Source: Callorhinchus milii
Lineage: Eukaryota
Assembly: GCF_018977255.1 (NCBI RefSeq)
Contig: NW_024704743.1
Coordinates: 2,420,001 to 2,484,000, forward strand
Direction: 5' to 3'
Length of the DNA: 64,000 bases
The notes under the pieces were generated by a model. That model had not been told where the DNA came from, ran no database searches, and saw only the letters and a program-made list of their open reading frames with translations. Shown one piece after another: positions 1 through 13,780 of this stretch. Position 1 is the first letter of the stretch. Each line of letters begins with the position of its first letter. The translations under genes were made by a program, and so were the position numbers.

Positions 1-754
1 CATCAGCCTCATCGCTGCGCTAATCTTGCTCAACTTTATTCACCAATAAATCACACCAATTTTTACAAGAGGAGATTGAAAACAAATTTGTCTTCATGCC
101 ACGTGGGAGTTTGGCCAAATAAGCCAGGACTTTAATTAAAACATTTCTTTTCTACTAAAAGCTCATTTTTGCTGCCTTCAGTTTTGGACACAAATTGGCA
201 GTGGCTGGAGTCCAACTTGGCTCAGCTGTGAAATGAGGAGATCGTATTCAGACCAGACAATGGCCACGGTTCCACAATGTAATCGTAAGCAACTTCCAGC
301 AAAGTAGAGGCCGATGGAGGAAGAGGACATTGACACTCACGCATGGATCACGGCCAACATGATCACCACACGCTCCGCTTGGTGATGGAGCTTCCAGCAG
401 AGGTAGACATGGATTCACTGTTGCTTCAGTGGGATTCCGAGCATAGCCAAATGTCCCCAAAGGAATCCCAAAACAAAACGAGGCTCAAGGGACAGTCAGT
501 CTGAATGCAGTGCTATAGTCTAAGCTAAAGTCAACTCAGGAGTAACCTCGGACATCGAGTTAGATGTTACCATCATGCCATCGGTTGTCCGCTTCCTCCG
601 TTCTTTTCCGAATGCGAATTTTTATGCAGAATTCCTTCCGCGACAGAACCCATCTCTGACCCTGAGCATCGGCTGAAAATAAATGACCTGTTCGAGGCGC
701 GGGAGGAAAGGTGGAATGTTGTGTGACTGAACTATTTTGCCAAAACCGGTCGAC
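1..754 (-). other. LMBR1: LMBR1 3' UTR (putative), with AATAAA on the minus strand at 40-35
   Basis: Follows the stop codon. Plus-strand TTTATT at 35-40 is AATAAA on the transcript strand. The actual 3' end cannot be proven from sequence. Confidence 0.55.
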
Positions 755-840
755 TCAAAATGCTTTCTGATGGCCGTTTGCAGAATGCAGGACTTTCTCT
801 GCGTCTTTTTTACTGGTTGAAAGTTGCAACTTATCCAAAC
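755..840 (-). CDS. LMBR1: LMBR1 exon 17, coding part (86 nt): GLDKLQLSTSKKDAEKVLHSANGHQKAF*
   Basis: cctcag|GTTTGG..., with TGA at 757-755. The C-terminal NGHQKA motif is typical of LMBR1. Exons 3-17 total 1340 nt in one frame. Confidence 0.95.
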
Positions 841-1792
841 CTGAGGAGCGAAGAGAAAAATAAAAAGCACATTCCAGAAACTTTCAACAACAAACAACAA
901 AGAATGCATTTTGTATAGCACCCGTCCTGCGCGACAGTGATGGAGCCCGGGGAAGGGAGGAAGTGACCGAAAGCGCAGTCAAAGATTAAAGTCTTCAGTC
1001 TGGATCTAAAATAATAATATAACCCTCTGATTATACGGACAGCTGATCACATCAAGCGTATCAAACAAAATGTTTCCGACAATAAATGTATAATTCGTGT
1101 TTGGTTTTTAATCGATAAATTGAAAAAATGGCGGTTGTCAGGAAACTGCAGCTCACAACAGCACCAACCAACCCCCACAATTTCCCGCAAAGTTCCGACA
1201 AACTTGCCTGTAATTTTCCTTAAATTTATCAGTTTTCCCCCCGACATATATGGCAAATATTTCTGCGATTCTCCATTGTCCCCGTCCATATCCCTCAACA
1301 GCACGTGACATTTACACAGCGACTGTCACGCCAGACGGATCTCCCAAGACATTGGACAGTCGAGGGTTGTCACCCAAGCTGTGGCTGGAGTCAAGAGGTT
1401 GGAGGGCAATGGGGGTGGGGGGAGCGGAGTGACCGAACATGCGGTCAGAGGGAAAGTTTAAATACTGGTAGCAATTTCAGGCTGTGATGTGATTCTGGGG
1501 TTTAGATTATAGTCATAAGGCACAACATGAGGGGAGAGCGGGAGGGGTGGGACTAGGGGTGGGAGCGGGGAATGGCCTCCTTCTGTGCTGTAAGATTCTA
1601 TGGTTCTGTCCTGTTCTGCTGCTTTGAAATCACCTCACGATATGGTTTCAGTAATGTTGCATTTCTCCATTAACCAATGACCAAGTTATTAACTGTTAAT
1701 GCAGCTTTAACAGTGCGGGAAAATAGTGATATTGAGCTCCTTAGATTTATGGCTGAATTGATGGATCAGTAACGGCTGCCGTTGGTCATTAC

Positions 1793-1954
1793 CTAAAGCC
1801 TTCAAGAGTTCCTCACGAACGGCAGATGTAAATTTCCGTATAAGACAGAGAGTGGTTACCACAGCAAACAATAAATTGTACGAGACGACAATATAAAAGT
1901 TGCCAAGCCAGTTAAATCTTCCGAAGTCTCCCAGCAGATCAAATCGTGTTATTC
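1793..1954 (-). CDS. LMBR1: LMBR1 exon 16 (162 nt): GITRFDLLGDFGRFNWLGNFYIVVSYNLLFAVVTTLCLIRKFTSAVREELLKAL
   Basis: ccccag|GAATAACA...TTTAG|gtaatg. Contains the FDLLGDFGRFNWLGNF signature. Confidence 0.97.
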
Positions 1955-2194
1955 CTGGGGAAAAAAAGGTAGAAAAGTTATAACAATTCGCACTTACGTT
2001 ACGCCTTTACACAGAGAGAAGTTAGAAATGTTTGGGGAAAGCAAATAAAAGATCGTCATTTCCATGTATTCTCTGGTGGATTTACAAGCACTTTCCTGCA
2101 TGTTAAATCAGTACAGTAGTGAACTAAGGCTTTATACTTTTAAACAACACTTTGTCTCAGGTAGAGTCAGGTAATGGGAATACATTATACTAGA

Positions 2195-2525
2195 ATATTA
2201 GTGGTGTCTTGTGCTGTATTACATACAATGTGTGTGTATGTAGTGTAAAGTGGATAAACTGTGTATTGTGAACATGGCAGCCAATTACACACAGTAATGT
2301 CCCATAAACAGTCATCAATTGAGTGACCAATTTTTTTTTATTCAGAGGGATTATTACCCACAGAAAGCGATGACTAACAACAGGATTCCTATTTACTGTT
2401 CGGTAAACAATGGTGTGTGTGTGTGGAGTAAGGAAACCTGCGTAAGGTTTGGCTCTGCTGGGAATCGAACCCGGGTCCTCGCTTGCGAGGCGAGTGTGAG
2501 ACAATTACTCCGCTCCGGGACACTA
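2195..2525 (-). mobile_element. Dominant SINE family, degenerate copy
   Basis: Reverse complement of head (GGGAATCGAACCCGGG) and body. Confidence 0.85.
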
Positions 2526-3756
2526 CAGATACGATACAATACACAGATACAATAGGTACGACTGCTGGCAAGAAAAGCTAAAAAGAACTATCAATTGAAT
2601 GCTTCAGCTGAAGGTTGGTGTCTCTGCTAACACAGCACAGCACTGCGGTGTCAGTGTCAGCCTGGACACCGCAGTGTCAGCCAGGCCGGCAATAGGACGA
2701 TCTCAGAATTTGGAAGCGTTTATTTCAGCGTCAATCTTAAAGATCGCAGAAAATAATCAGTCGTGTTAATGCTTTGGAACGGTCATCGATTTACAGCCGC
2801 ATTGTATTCTGTATGTAATATGGCATCCAATTGCTCACAAGATAAATCGCAGAACATGTTAAAACGTGCAGGTTCGCTTTCAGTAGAAAACAATGTTTGG
2901 GAGCGTAAAGGTTTTACATTCATCCCAAGGTTTCCATCAAGATAATCGTTCCAGTTATCATAACCTCCAATTAAAACAACTTAAAACTTTACTGGAAAAC
3001 AGCTAAATCATTGACATGATGTGAATATTTTTATTGGTTAGTTTGCAGGATGATACTGCGATTCAATTACTGATCGTAAAAAATAACAGATCTTTAAAAG
3101 AATGCTTCAAGATAGATGTCTCCCATTAAACTGAACCAACAAGGCAGGGTTGAAGTGTTTTTGCTGTTCCACCTGTTATGATGAAGAATAAAACACAAAG
3201 CTCTTCAGTGAGCAATGCGTCTACTATGTGGCCCAGGTTTATCTCTGTAAAATACTAAATAGATACGATCACTGGGACTGGAGCCAATAACTCTGTACGT
3301 GGCCAGTTAATCTGTTTACTGGGCCAGTATCGCCTGATGTCTGTCCACGTTAGATGACAATAAAAACTGGAAATAGTTTGAGATCATTCTAATGAGCACT
3401 GCAATGCACCACAGCAGTTCTGATACGTCAGGGCTTGAGACTCTGTTAGTCTGACTCCCCAGTGAAGCACTGAGGGAGCAATTCACTGTCCTATGAAAGA
3501 GCCGTTTGTTGGGTTTGGAGGGTGATGTTCGAGTCACAGGGTTGTGAGGCGCTGGGCACAGACTGACTGGAGCTTGTGCTAGTGCTGTCTTAGTGGCAAC
3601 GTATAGCACAAGGATCATCTGTGATCTTCCAGCATTCGCTTTCTAACCCTGGCACTCGGTCAGATTCACACACATCAACCAGACAGCAGAGAAACAGGCC
3701 ACTCGGACCAGCCAGTCCGTGCTGGTGTTTATACCCCACACAAGTCTACAGCCACT

Positions 3757-3893
3757 GCTCCTCCCCTCGCCCCCATCCTCCCCTCCGCCCTCCTCTCCAC
3801 TCCCCCCCCCCTCCTCCCCTCTCCACCTCTCCACTCACCCCCATCTCCCCTCCCCCCTCCTCCCCTCTCTCCTCCTCCCTCCCCCTCCTCCCT
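3757..3893. repeat. Near-pure polypyrimidine (C/T) tract
   Basis: About 135 bp almost entirely C/T. Confidence 0.9.
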
Positions 3894-5429
3894 CATATGG
3901 CAGTAACCTGCCAGACACGGCTTCCTCCTACGCAGTAAACCTCTGCAGCTATAACCTTCCACGATCGTACACCGTATTCCAAATGCAGACTAACTAAACT
4001 TCTACACAAGTTGAACATTACTTCCTCACTTTTACATCTCCAAGGTGACGTGCTTGGCAACAGAATGTCCGACTCGAGCCAGCCCCTGTGGCGCTCTCTA
4101 GTCCCGGTTCCTGAGCCAGGAGGGGCTGCACTATTCCAGGGCACTCGCTGCTGATGGCAGCACAGCCCGGCCTGGCTCATCAAGAAGACTTGGAAAGGCA
4201 GACCAGTCACTGGGAGCAGGGATCTGGCCCACTCACCCTACAAGCTAAAGCTCCAACGGGTAGGATAGTCCCAGAAACTTGCCAGACAGTGCTCTCAATG
4301 CCAAGCTATGTGGTTAGACTCCAGCAGTTACACCCACACATACTCTTGAGGTCCCCAAGCCTTGGCTCTTACCAACCTGTGTCTAACACTCTCTAGAATT
4401 AAATTAGCAGGAGCAGCCCCCTCCAAGCAGAGAGTGCGAATTCCATTCCAATAAATATCTTGGGAGCTTTACATACAGGTGGGTTGCATGGGACTCCGTT
4501 TGGTTTGGATACTCTTAAGGACGGAGATGAGTTCCAACAATGACAAAAAAAAGAACAAATTGCAATTAAAGAGCGTCTTTCACGTCAGTAATAATCCCTC
4601 CAAAAAAAAAAGTGGGTCACTCAATCCACGAGTGTGTGGGACGCTGCTGTGCGCAATTGGTTGCCGTGTTTCGCCCACAAGCGTACACAGTGACTACACT
4701 TTATATTCTGTGAAGCGCTTTGAGATGTCTCTACGACGTAATAATGTGCTAGATCAAATACAAGAATTATTATTGTTATAAATCTATTTTTACTGTAGCC
4801 ATTTCCAAATGAAAGTTTAAACAAAGAAAACTTAAAGATTAAACCCTCTGTCTATTGGAACCTCTTTCAGATTCTTCATACTGTTTGAGAGTCTTGTTCC
4901 TAGTTCCTTACTTGATTCAATAATTCGCTTGCTTTCATTACTAAGAAGGTATGGTACAAATTAAAAGGTTATTGTTGATCCCATACAAGGTATTGCTCGA
5001 TGCCAGATTTTGCCATCTAACGTTAGAAAAGATAATATTGCCTATGGAAACTGGTCTGAGGAACCCAAGTTATAAGGAAAGGTTAATTAAGTTGAGATTT
5101 TCTCCTTGGAAAAGAAAACAACAAGGTGACCTGATGGACGTTTTGAACATTATTGCAGAGATTGATTGTTGTTCTCTCCACGTCTAAAACCTTCTCCACA
5201 CTGAAAAAAAATTAAGAGCGAGGCAGCTTGGAGTAACACAGAAAGTTACAGCATGAAAACGGGCCATTTGGCCAAACTAGTCTGAGCCTGTGTTTACACT
5301 CCACAGGAGCCCCAATCCCTTCTCCTACATCCTCTATTCCTTGGGTGCCATCCATCTGGACATGGAGCTTTCTCCTCTTCAGGTTTGCCCAATTTATCTA
5401 GTATCTCCTTCCTGCCCATCTCAACTGCT

Positions 5430-7390
5430 GTGAGTTTATTCCCTGCGTAATCTATTATCTCAGCTCTACCTCTGCCTCCAACCTCGATTCCAGGAACACC
5501 GCTGCTCTGCCGACTGCCAGCCTGTCAGACATCAATTCCCGGGTGAGTTCGAACTTTCTCCAGTTGAATGTCGACAAAGCAATGGGATTCCTGCTCAACT
5601 TTTCGCCGGCGCTTTCTCACCTCTGGCGCCAACAGCATCGGCCTGCAGCCAGGAGGCCCGGTGTCGTGATCGTCTCCCAACCGTCCTTTAAATCTCACAT
5701 CCGTGTTCTGACTCACTCCGCCTTCCCCCCACTACCTGCCTCCGCCACTACCTCTCCCCTTGGGCCACCGGGACCCTAAGCACCTTCAGGCTCGACCACA
5801 CTAACACACTGCCTGCCAGATCGCCCAACAATTCCTGATCCAAGCTGCAGACTATCCAGAACTCCAGAAAACACGCATCAACCTGGCTTGGCAGGTAGGA
5901 TTCTCGCCTCGGGAGTCAAAGGTTTGTGGGTTCAACAATAACAACAAAATAACACGTGTAAAGCGCCTTTCACATCGTGAGGACATCCCAAGACGCTGGA
6001 CAGTCAGTGTTTTGGACCCGAGCTGGGGGTCAGGGTGGAGGAGGGCAGAGGGCGGCGGGGGGGAAACAGGGAGATCAAAAGCATGGTCGAAGAGGAGGGT
6101 CGTGAGATGGGTCTTGAAGGAGGTGAGGGAGGGGGCAAGGTGGAAGGACTGCAGAATGGAGTTCCAGAGTATGGGCTCAGAGTGGCAGAAGGCCCGCCTG
6201 CCAATGTTGGAGCGGGTGAGGCGGGGTTCTTGAAGCAGACCGGAGCCCGCTGAGCGGAGGGAGCGAGCAGGATGGTAGGGGATTAGGAGGTGGCAGAGGT
6301 CGGGGGGAGCAAGACCATGGAGGGCTTTGAGGATCAGGATCTTAAACTGTATCCTCTGTGTGATGGGAAGCCAGTGGAGTCGGGCGAGGATGGGGGTGAT
6401 AGGGTCGCGGAGCCTGGTGCAGGAGAGGACACGGGCTGCAGAGTTAGTTCTGGATGATCTGCGGCCTGTGGAGTTGGGGAGGCCGACAAGCAAAGAGTTT
6501 TCATAGTCGAGCCTCGATGTTATGAATCCATGTATGTCAGGACGTGGAACTTAGTCTCAAATGAGACTCCACTGCAGTGCTGGGCGGTGCCTTCAGATGA
6601 AACTTAAAACCGAGGCTGTTAAACACCTATTCCTCTATGACACGCATCTTTTAAATGTAAATCACATTGTATTTGTATTCCTAAAACAGCTTTGTTTCAT
6701 CCCAACAGGAAATGCTCTCCTCGTTACTCTCGCTAGCTCCACCATCCATAAGATCCAGCTCATCCAAATCCCTGCCATCTGCATCCACACCAAACCCTGT
6801 ATATTGATCTCCCCAGCCCTCGGCAGACTCCACTGGCTTCCCATCTCCCACCAGATCACGTTCAAGGTTCTCACCCTCGCTTAGAAATGACTTCATGCCC
6901 TTGGACGGGAAATCAGCAGGAACTTTGGATTTCGCACAAAGTACAAAAACTTTTTCCACAATTCTATCTGAAAAGACCACTGAAGACAATATAAAGGTGT
7001 CCAAGTGGCATTTGGATTAGACACTCGGATAATAATAAATAATAAACTTCGCCCCACCCTACCTCTGCGACCTCCTAACCCCCTACCAACCCACCCGCTC
7101 CCTCCGCTCTGGCCCCCGAACCACCCGCCCCACCGCTGGCGGGAGAGCCTTCAGCCACTCTGCCCCCAACCTCTGGAATTCCATCCCCCAGTCACTCCGC
7201 CTCACCCCCTCCTTAGCCTTCTTCAAGTCTCGCCTCAAAACCCTCCTCTTCGACCATGCCATCGGCCAACCCCCTTCCCCTCCCTTCTCCCCCCCTGACC
7301 CCAGCTCAGGTCTGAAATGCTGTCACTGTCCACCGCCTTGGGACATCCTCCCGACGTGAAAGGCGCTGTACACATGTCATCTTGTTGTTG
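5430..7390. mobile_element. Cluster of L2 LINE 3' fragments in both orientations (about 5430-5870 +, 5935-6530 -, 6740-6890 +, 7045-7390 +)
   Basis: ORF-track peptides ITPILARLHWLPITQRIQFKIL, GRRAFCHSEPILWNS, NFLQLNVDK; tails with (GTT)n. Confidence 0.9.
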
Positions 7391-7394
7391 TGGT

Positions 7395-7795
7395 TGATGT
7401 AGCGCCTTATCACGGCTTCGAGATTTCTCAAAGCGCTTCACAGAATATAAAGTGGATCGACGGCCCCGGGATCTGTTACTGTGAAGCGCTCTGAGAAGCC
7501 ATCCGGTGTGGAGGGCGCTATATAAATCCACGTTGTTGTTGATGACTGTTTATTTTTGTGGGCGAAACTTGGCAGCCAATTGTACATAACAGTGGCCCAC
7601 AAAGATGGATTGAGGCAACCATTTTTTTTTCTTTTAATTTTGTTGAAGGAATTATTACCCCCGGAAAAGCGATCTGTCAATCGACTAACAACCGGGTTCC
7701 TACTGACTGCTGGTAAGCAGAGGCCTGTGGGGTAAGGAAACTTGCCCAACGTTTCGGCCTGCCCGGGAATCGAACTTGGGGCCTCTCGCTCGCGA
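7395..7795 (-). mobile_element. Dominant SINE copy interrupted by an L2 3' tail (about 7462-7540)
   Basis: SINE sequence stops at AAAGTGGATCGAC and resumes at TGACTGT after an 80-bp insert. Confidence 0.85.
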
Positions 7796-9177
7796 ATAGA
7801 AGGGAATGAGGAGTACGACAAGAAGATGAGTCTGAACATTATCCACAAAAAGACACCCTTGTTGGGGAGAGAGGTCTTTTTGTGTCCTAAATATTCTGAT
7901 GTACTATCACCACACCCAGGTTACCACAAACTGTGAAGTCAGCCCACTTCCTCCGTCCCACCTGAGTCAACTTCAGTCAGACTTTTTTTTAAAAAGAAAT
8001 AAAGAAAAACGTCAAACATTATTCAAACATATACTGTGCTAGTTTAAATATTTGGAAAGTTTAAACATCCCTTTGTAGGTGTGCCCTGGAAAGCAAATTT
8101 CTTGAGTCACTATAGAAGTTCTGTGTTCATCTTTCTAATGACCTTTCATTAAAAAGCTGAAACTACACATCATGTTGACTATGTTTTCTAAAATTAGATA
8201 TTCATGTGATTTTGATTGCAAGGCTATTTCTCCAAAATCGTGCATGCTTATTACATTTAATTTTGCCGAGCAATTTAAGTAAACAGATCCAAATTTTATT
8301 TGAAGATTTTTTTGCACAAAATACTAACCCAAATAAACCAGGTTTTGAGCAAACCAAATATTCTCTCTATCATTTTAAAAAGGAAGCACAATGAACACAG
8401 CCAGAATTGCCAAATTATCGTCAAGATTCAGTCGTGTTGCAAAAATCATCAGCAATGATGTTGGCGACCAACAGCTAGAAAACTAAGGTCAGTAAAAAGT
8501 CATCAAACACCAGCAGATACATATCTATCCTCTACACGCAAGAAACTAAAAATAGCAGTAATGACCTTGGGACATGGTGTGTCACCTGAGAGGCTCATAT
8601 CATAATGTTAATGTTTCGTTAAGACAAGGGTGGCTCTTGTTTGTTCACACAAAGGGCTGAGATAAGAAAAATACCCTGCCCAGAAATGGAGAATTGATGA
8701 AGGTATTACAAGAGATGAGAGAGGGAGAGATACTGAAGGAGGGAAAGGGAGAATTTCCTACCTGCCTAAGAACAGGGAAATGAGGGCTTAAAAATAAAGA
8801 CGAGCCATGATCTAATAAAATGGCAGAACATTAGTGGACTACATCTAAGCAAAGATCTTGAAGTATTTCTTGCCCTTTTCCTTGGTGGTTTGCTGGAGGT
8901 ACTCAGGGTAGCAGAAGCAACCAGAGGAACTCAGTCTGTTCAGCACATGGATAGGAGACCAGATGGTTAAAACATTAAATAATGATGGGTCCTTTGGGCA
9001 CCGATTAGGCTTGAGAAGCTGCTTCCCCTACCCCTGCCCTCCACCCTCCCCAATCCCACCTCCAGCTCTGGTCCCAAACTCTGACTGTCCAGCGCTTTGG
9101 GACGTCCTCCCGATGTGAAAGGCACTTTACAAGTGTAATTTTGTTGTTGTTGTAGACGTTTGCAGTTTCGCTGTCAG

Positions 9178-9592
9178 ACTGGCTCAGTTGGCAACACTCT
9201 TCTTCTGAAGGTCAGGTTCAAGCCCCATGTTTGAACTTGGTCTCTCTCGATTGAGACACTGAGGCAGTGTTGGGGGATAGTGTGACATTTTCTGAGGTGT
9301 CATCCTTTAGATGAGACTGTAAATCAAGGCTCCCCCCTGTTCAGGTGGATGCCGTGGCATTGATTGGAAAGAAATAAAAGTTTCTCTCGGTGCCCTGGCC
9401 AACTGCGTAAAAGGAAACATTCACTTCCTGGCTGTTTGTGTTTGCTGCGTGCAAATCAGCTGACATATTTGTTGACAAATAAGTCACTGCACTTCACAGT
9501 AAAATCCTGTGAAGTGCTTTGGGGTATCTTGATGCCGCCTCAATGAGATGCTATATCAGCTGCAAGGATTATTATTATTATTATTATTATTA
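9178..9592 (+). mobile_element. DeuSINE-like tRNA SINE, second copy
   Basis: GGCTCAGTTGGCAACACTCT...GGTTCAAGCCCC...TTTAGATGAGACTGTAAATCAAGG...CCCTGGCCAA, then an L2-type tail. Confidence 0.7.
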
Positions 9593-10129
9593 TAAAAAAC
9601 CTGTGCCTAATACTCTCCAGAATTAGGTAAGCGAGATGCGTTCCTCCGGGACAGAGTGCACATTGTATTCCAGGGAATTTATGTCGGTGGAACGCATAGA
9701 ACTCGGGTCTATCTACAACACTCTTAATCGTGGTGATGGGTTTTCACGTGTGATAGACAGACACCCAGCTGACTCCAAAAACTGATCAACACCAGAAGCA
9801 AAGAAAGCTTCAGTTTCTGCAAGGCTATCTTGCAGCAAAACAATCTCTGGGTGTGGTGGCGGTGGAAGCCGGTTATCTGCAAGCACGCAAAATCGTCAAA
9901 TCGTTGAACATAAAAACAGCTTAAGTGAATAGATGACCTGAGCTATCCATCAATCAGATCTAACCACATCAGTCTGTGACGTTCCAGCTTTGTAGTACTG
10001 GGTGAAGTAAATATTGTGCAAGTATTGTGTTTACTGCCCTTCACATTCACTCCTGCAGAGTATATAATAAATGTGAAGGTAGGTAAACCTACAAATAGTA
10101 TTTGTGCGTGATATAAAATGGAAATTAGG

Positions 10130-10470
10130 CAGTAATAATAATAATACTCCTTGCATTTGATATAGCGCCTTATCATGTCGCTGAGCCGCCTTAAAGCGCT
10201 TCACAGAATATATTGCAAAGTGGATTGACTGTGTATTTTGTGGGTGAAACAGTTCTCTTTAATGTTCATTTAATGTTGGAAAAAAATAATAATAATGTGG
10301 TCACTCAATCCTGCGTCTGTTTGTGGGGACACTGCTGTGCGCAATTGGCTGCCGCGTTTTGCCCACAAAATATACAGTCAATTCACTTTACAGTATATTC
10401 CATGAAGCGCTTTGAGATGTCTTGAAGATGTGATAATCCGCTATATCAAATGCAAGGATTGTTATTTATT
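10130..10470. mobile_element. Two SINE 3' halves in inverted orientation (10130-10250 minus; 10295-10470 plus)
   Basis: Both match the tail of the family in opposite orientations. Confidence 0.88.
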
Positions 10471-12159
10471 TTAATGTTTTTCCAGCCATGTCATTTTAGG
10501 TATTATTTTGATAATTTGTCTCAGTCGAGTAATTTTACAGCACCACCCTTCACCAGGCAATGTGAATGTTAAAGCTCAAAGACAACACAACTTTTTTTTT
10601 CCTTTGCTTACTTTTCCCAACATTTCAAAATGCCCAGAAACCTGGAACTATTCCAATCTGGGAGCACAGCTTTCCATATTGTGCAGAGATCTATGAATCT
10701 GTTAAACACATTTAGTTCTTTCATCTATTGAGTGCCACTCAGCAGAACCTGTAAAATAATGCACGTCGATATTTTGTGAAGCACTGCATGAGTCACTGTA
10801 CTCTAATACGTCCCATTAATCCTGTTTGGACAGCTGTGTCTGTGAATTTGTTAGCAGAATTTTAATTGTTCAATCGCTCCTTTTTCTCCTTTTCAATTCT
10901 TTTATAAATCTCTATGGTAAACGATTCAGGAATCTCATTCTCTGAAAGAGGTGGCAGGGTTTTTTTTTGCCAACGTTGTGGCTTCTTAAGTCACAGCATG
11001 TGCTGAAACGCAACCACTTCACATGCAAACTGCGTTTAATAACTGTTCAGGCCAGTCGGCGTTAGCTGTTGAAGAATAATTTGGTAGAATGAAAATTGTT
11101 AACGTCAAAACCTGACCACACGGAAATGTGATCCACTGAAATTATCAAAAGGATTTTTTTGGGGGGGACGAAAAGATCTTTGTATCAGTGGGCTTGATTA
11201 GTGTCCTGTTGGTAACACTGTCTTGTAACACACAACGTGTGAAAAATTGTTTGAAGAGCCAACACTACAGCGATTGCCAGCATCCTCAAGCCTGAAGTTT
11301 GCGAAAGTTAAGATACTGAACAGGACGAGTCTGAAGCTTGATATGGTCTGGTAATGAGTAGTTAAAGTCGCCAAAGCTTATCAGAAACAAAATGGGTGCA
11401 AAACAGAAGGAAACTATTGTAGAAACGGCTCCTCAACAGTGAGGAAGGTCCTCCCGACTTGAAAGGCGCCATCTATACAAACGTAATTTGCTGTTGAGTA
11501 AATCCATGTTTCGTTGGGATCTGAAACTTTAATTGTGAAGCAAGTAAAGCAGAGATCGTGCACATAATTACAACAGAATAGTTATGTGCTTTGCAAAGGA
11601 TTTACTCTCCTTGCAGTTATTTTGTTTTAATTCATAATTGTAGTCAGCATGGTTACAGTTGTTCACTCTCCCCTTCACACACTTCTGCCTTTTGTAATGG
11701 ACGTTCAAAATCAGCGGAGGTATTGCCTCACATTGAAGAAAAACGTCCACGATACATTCAGTAGGTTTGAACGAAGATAATATTCTGTGCTCTGGGAATA
11801 GTAACAATGGTAATCTTTGCATTTGTTAATAGCGCCTTTTCATTCCGTTGAGACGTCTCAAAGCGCTTCAGAATATACTGCAAAGTGAACTGACTCTGTA
11901 TTTTGTGGGTGAGACGAAGCAGTCAATTGCGCACAGCAGCGTCCCCACAAACAGACTTGAATAAACCAGCCATAGAAACATGAAGGATGTTAGCCACCAG
12001 ACAGCAGAAGAATGTTACTGAATTAGCTTGGTTCTCAGTCTGTCAAACGCCTTCTTCAGCACCAAGAGTAGTCTTCAACAATCATGGACACGTTCACTGT
12101 TTTTTGTTCGCAGGCTCTCCGCTGAATGACTCAGGAACTTGTAGCGTTATTTAACCACA

Positions 12160-12645
12160 CCAATCTTTCCTCGCTCGCCTCCACTGGCTCCCCATCCCCC
12201 AGAGGATCGAATTCACGATCCTCATCCTCACCTACAAGGCCATTCACGGCCTCGCTCCCTCCTACCTCTCCAACCTACTATCCCCCACGTACCTGCCCGT
12301 ACCCTCCGTTCCTCTGGCTCCGGTCTGCTCCACATCCCCTGCCCCAACCGCCCTACCATCGGTGGCCGGGCCTTCAGCCTCTCAGCCCCGAGGCTCTGGA
12401 ACTCCATCCCCAGTGCCTTCGCCGCTTCCTCCCTTTCCTCCTTCAAGGCCGGTCTCAAGACCTTTCTCTTTGACCTTCAGCCTTCAGCTCTCCTCTCGAC
12501 TCTCTACCCCCTCCTCGCCCCCTCCCTTCCCTCCCCTCACCGTGACCATTTCCCCCTTGCTCGGCTCCTGACCCAACTGCCCAGCGCCTTGGGACGTCCT
12601 CTTGATGTGAAAGACGTTCTATAAATGAAATCTTGTTGTTGTTGT
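12160..12645 (+). mobile_element. L2 LINE 3' end
   Basis: CTCCACTGGCTCCCCATCCCCCAGAGGATC (LHWLP..QRI), followed by the AGCGCCTTGGGACGTCC tail and (GTT)n. Confidence 0.9.
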
Positions 12646-13780
12646 TTCCACTGAATGAAGTATAAGATGCTTATACATCTGCGTGATGGTGCAGTTAGAA
12701 CATACTGGCAGAAGTGTCCTACAAAGTCCACTCATTGGGTAAATATGGAATATGAGAACACTTCTGGTACTTGCCATGAAGTCAGCATGCCTGGCAAAAT
12801 ATACCTCGACTGCTTGAACCACAATTATTGCCTTCAGCAATAGGACACTCTGCTGATATACATTTAAAATAGGGGAGTGAAACAGGGCAGATACTGTATT
12901 TGCTGTCAAATGAGAACATTCATGAGTTAACTGAGTCTCATCTTGCTTCCCTGATTCTCCTCTCACTCTCCTTCCACTCCATTCTTTTATCTTTCTTTCA
13001 CTCCTTGCAACCCTCGCCTCTCCCGACGAACAGAACCATTTCTTTTCTCGAGAGAATCTTGGTCTGCCTTGCATAGTACTTGTGAGCACTGCACAGCCCA
13101 GATTGGGTCTTGCTTTGCCGACATCTGCTTTTAGCACCTTGAGACATCCTGACATGAAAAGTGCTAAACAAATGTCATTGTATTCCATTGCTTTTGACCA
13201 AGGGATCTTGTGAAGAACAAGATTTCTCCTCTTAGAAAAGGAGTACGCAGCACAACCTTACTTCACAGCACATATCACTGTACCTTTGGCTGTCTCATAA
13301 GGAAAACATCAAAAAAAACTCTTTGTACTAGTTCAAAAAGATAACCTTAGAGTGTAACGATTAACATTATTACATCAATTACAAAATCATCTTGGATAAT
13401 AAATCTTGCCCTTGGTGAACGCAATGTACTAACCATAAAATTATAATATGCTGTACAGTATTTATCTATCAAAGGTCATGTAAAGATTCAGCAGAGGTTT
13501 GAAAATTGTGATTAGAATATATTAAATGAATGAAGAAGATCTGAGGAAATGACTGTATTTATATATTTTGTAATTGTTTAATTTGGCTGCCGCGTTTCTC
13601 CCACAAAATATACAGTCAATTCACTTTACAGAATACTTTGTGGAGTGCTTTGAGGCGCTGTATCAAATGTAAGTATTATTATTATTATTATTTTGGAGTG
13701 CCTGACACCTACACTGACAAACACAGGTATAGTTTTATCTGTAGTAATAAAAGCTCGTCTCTTGATCAGTGAAAACTTAC

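Noticed and set aside
3621..3997. Proline-rich and glycine-rich ORFs
   Set aside because: They are translations of a polypyrimidine low-complexity tract.
5852..6493. 213-aa ORF as a gene
   Set aside because: It is the C-terminal fragment of L2 ORF2 with indels.
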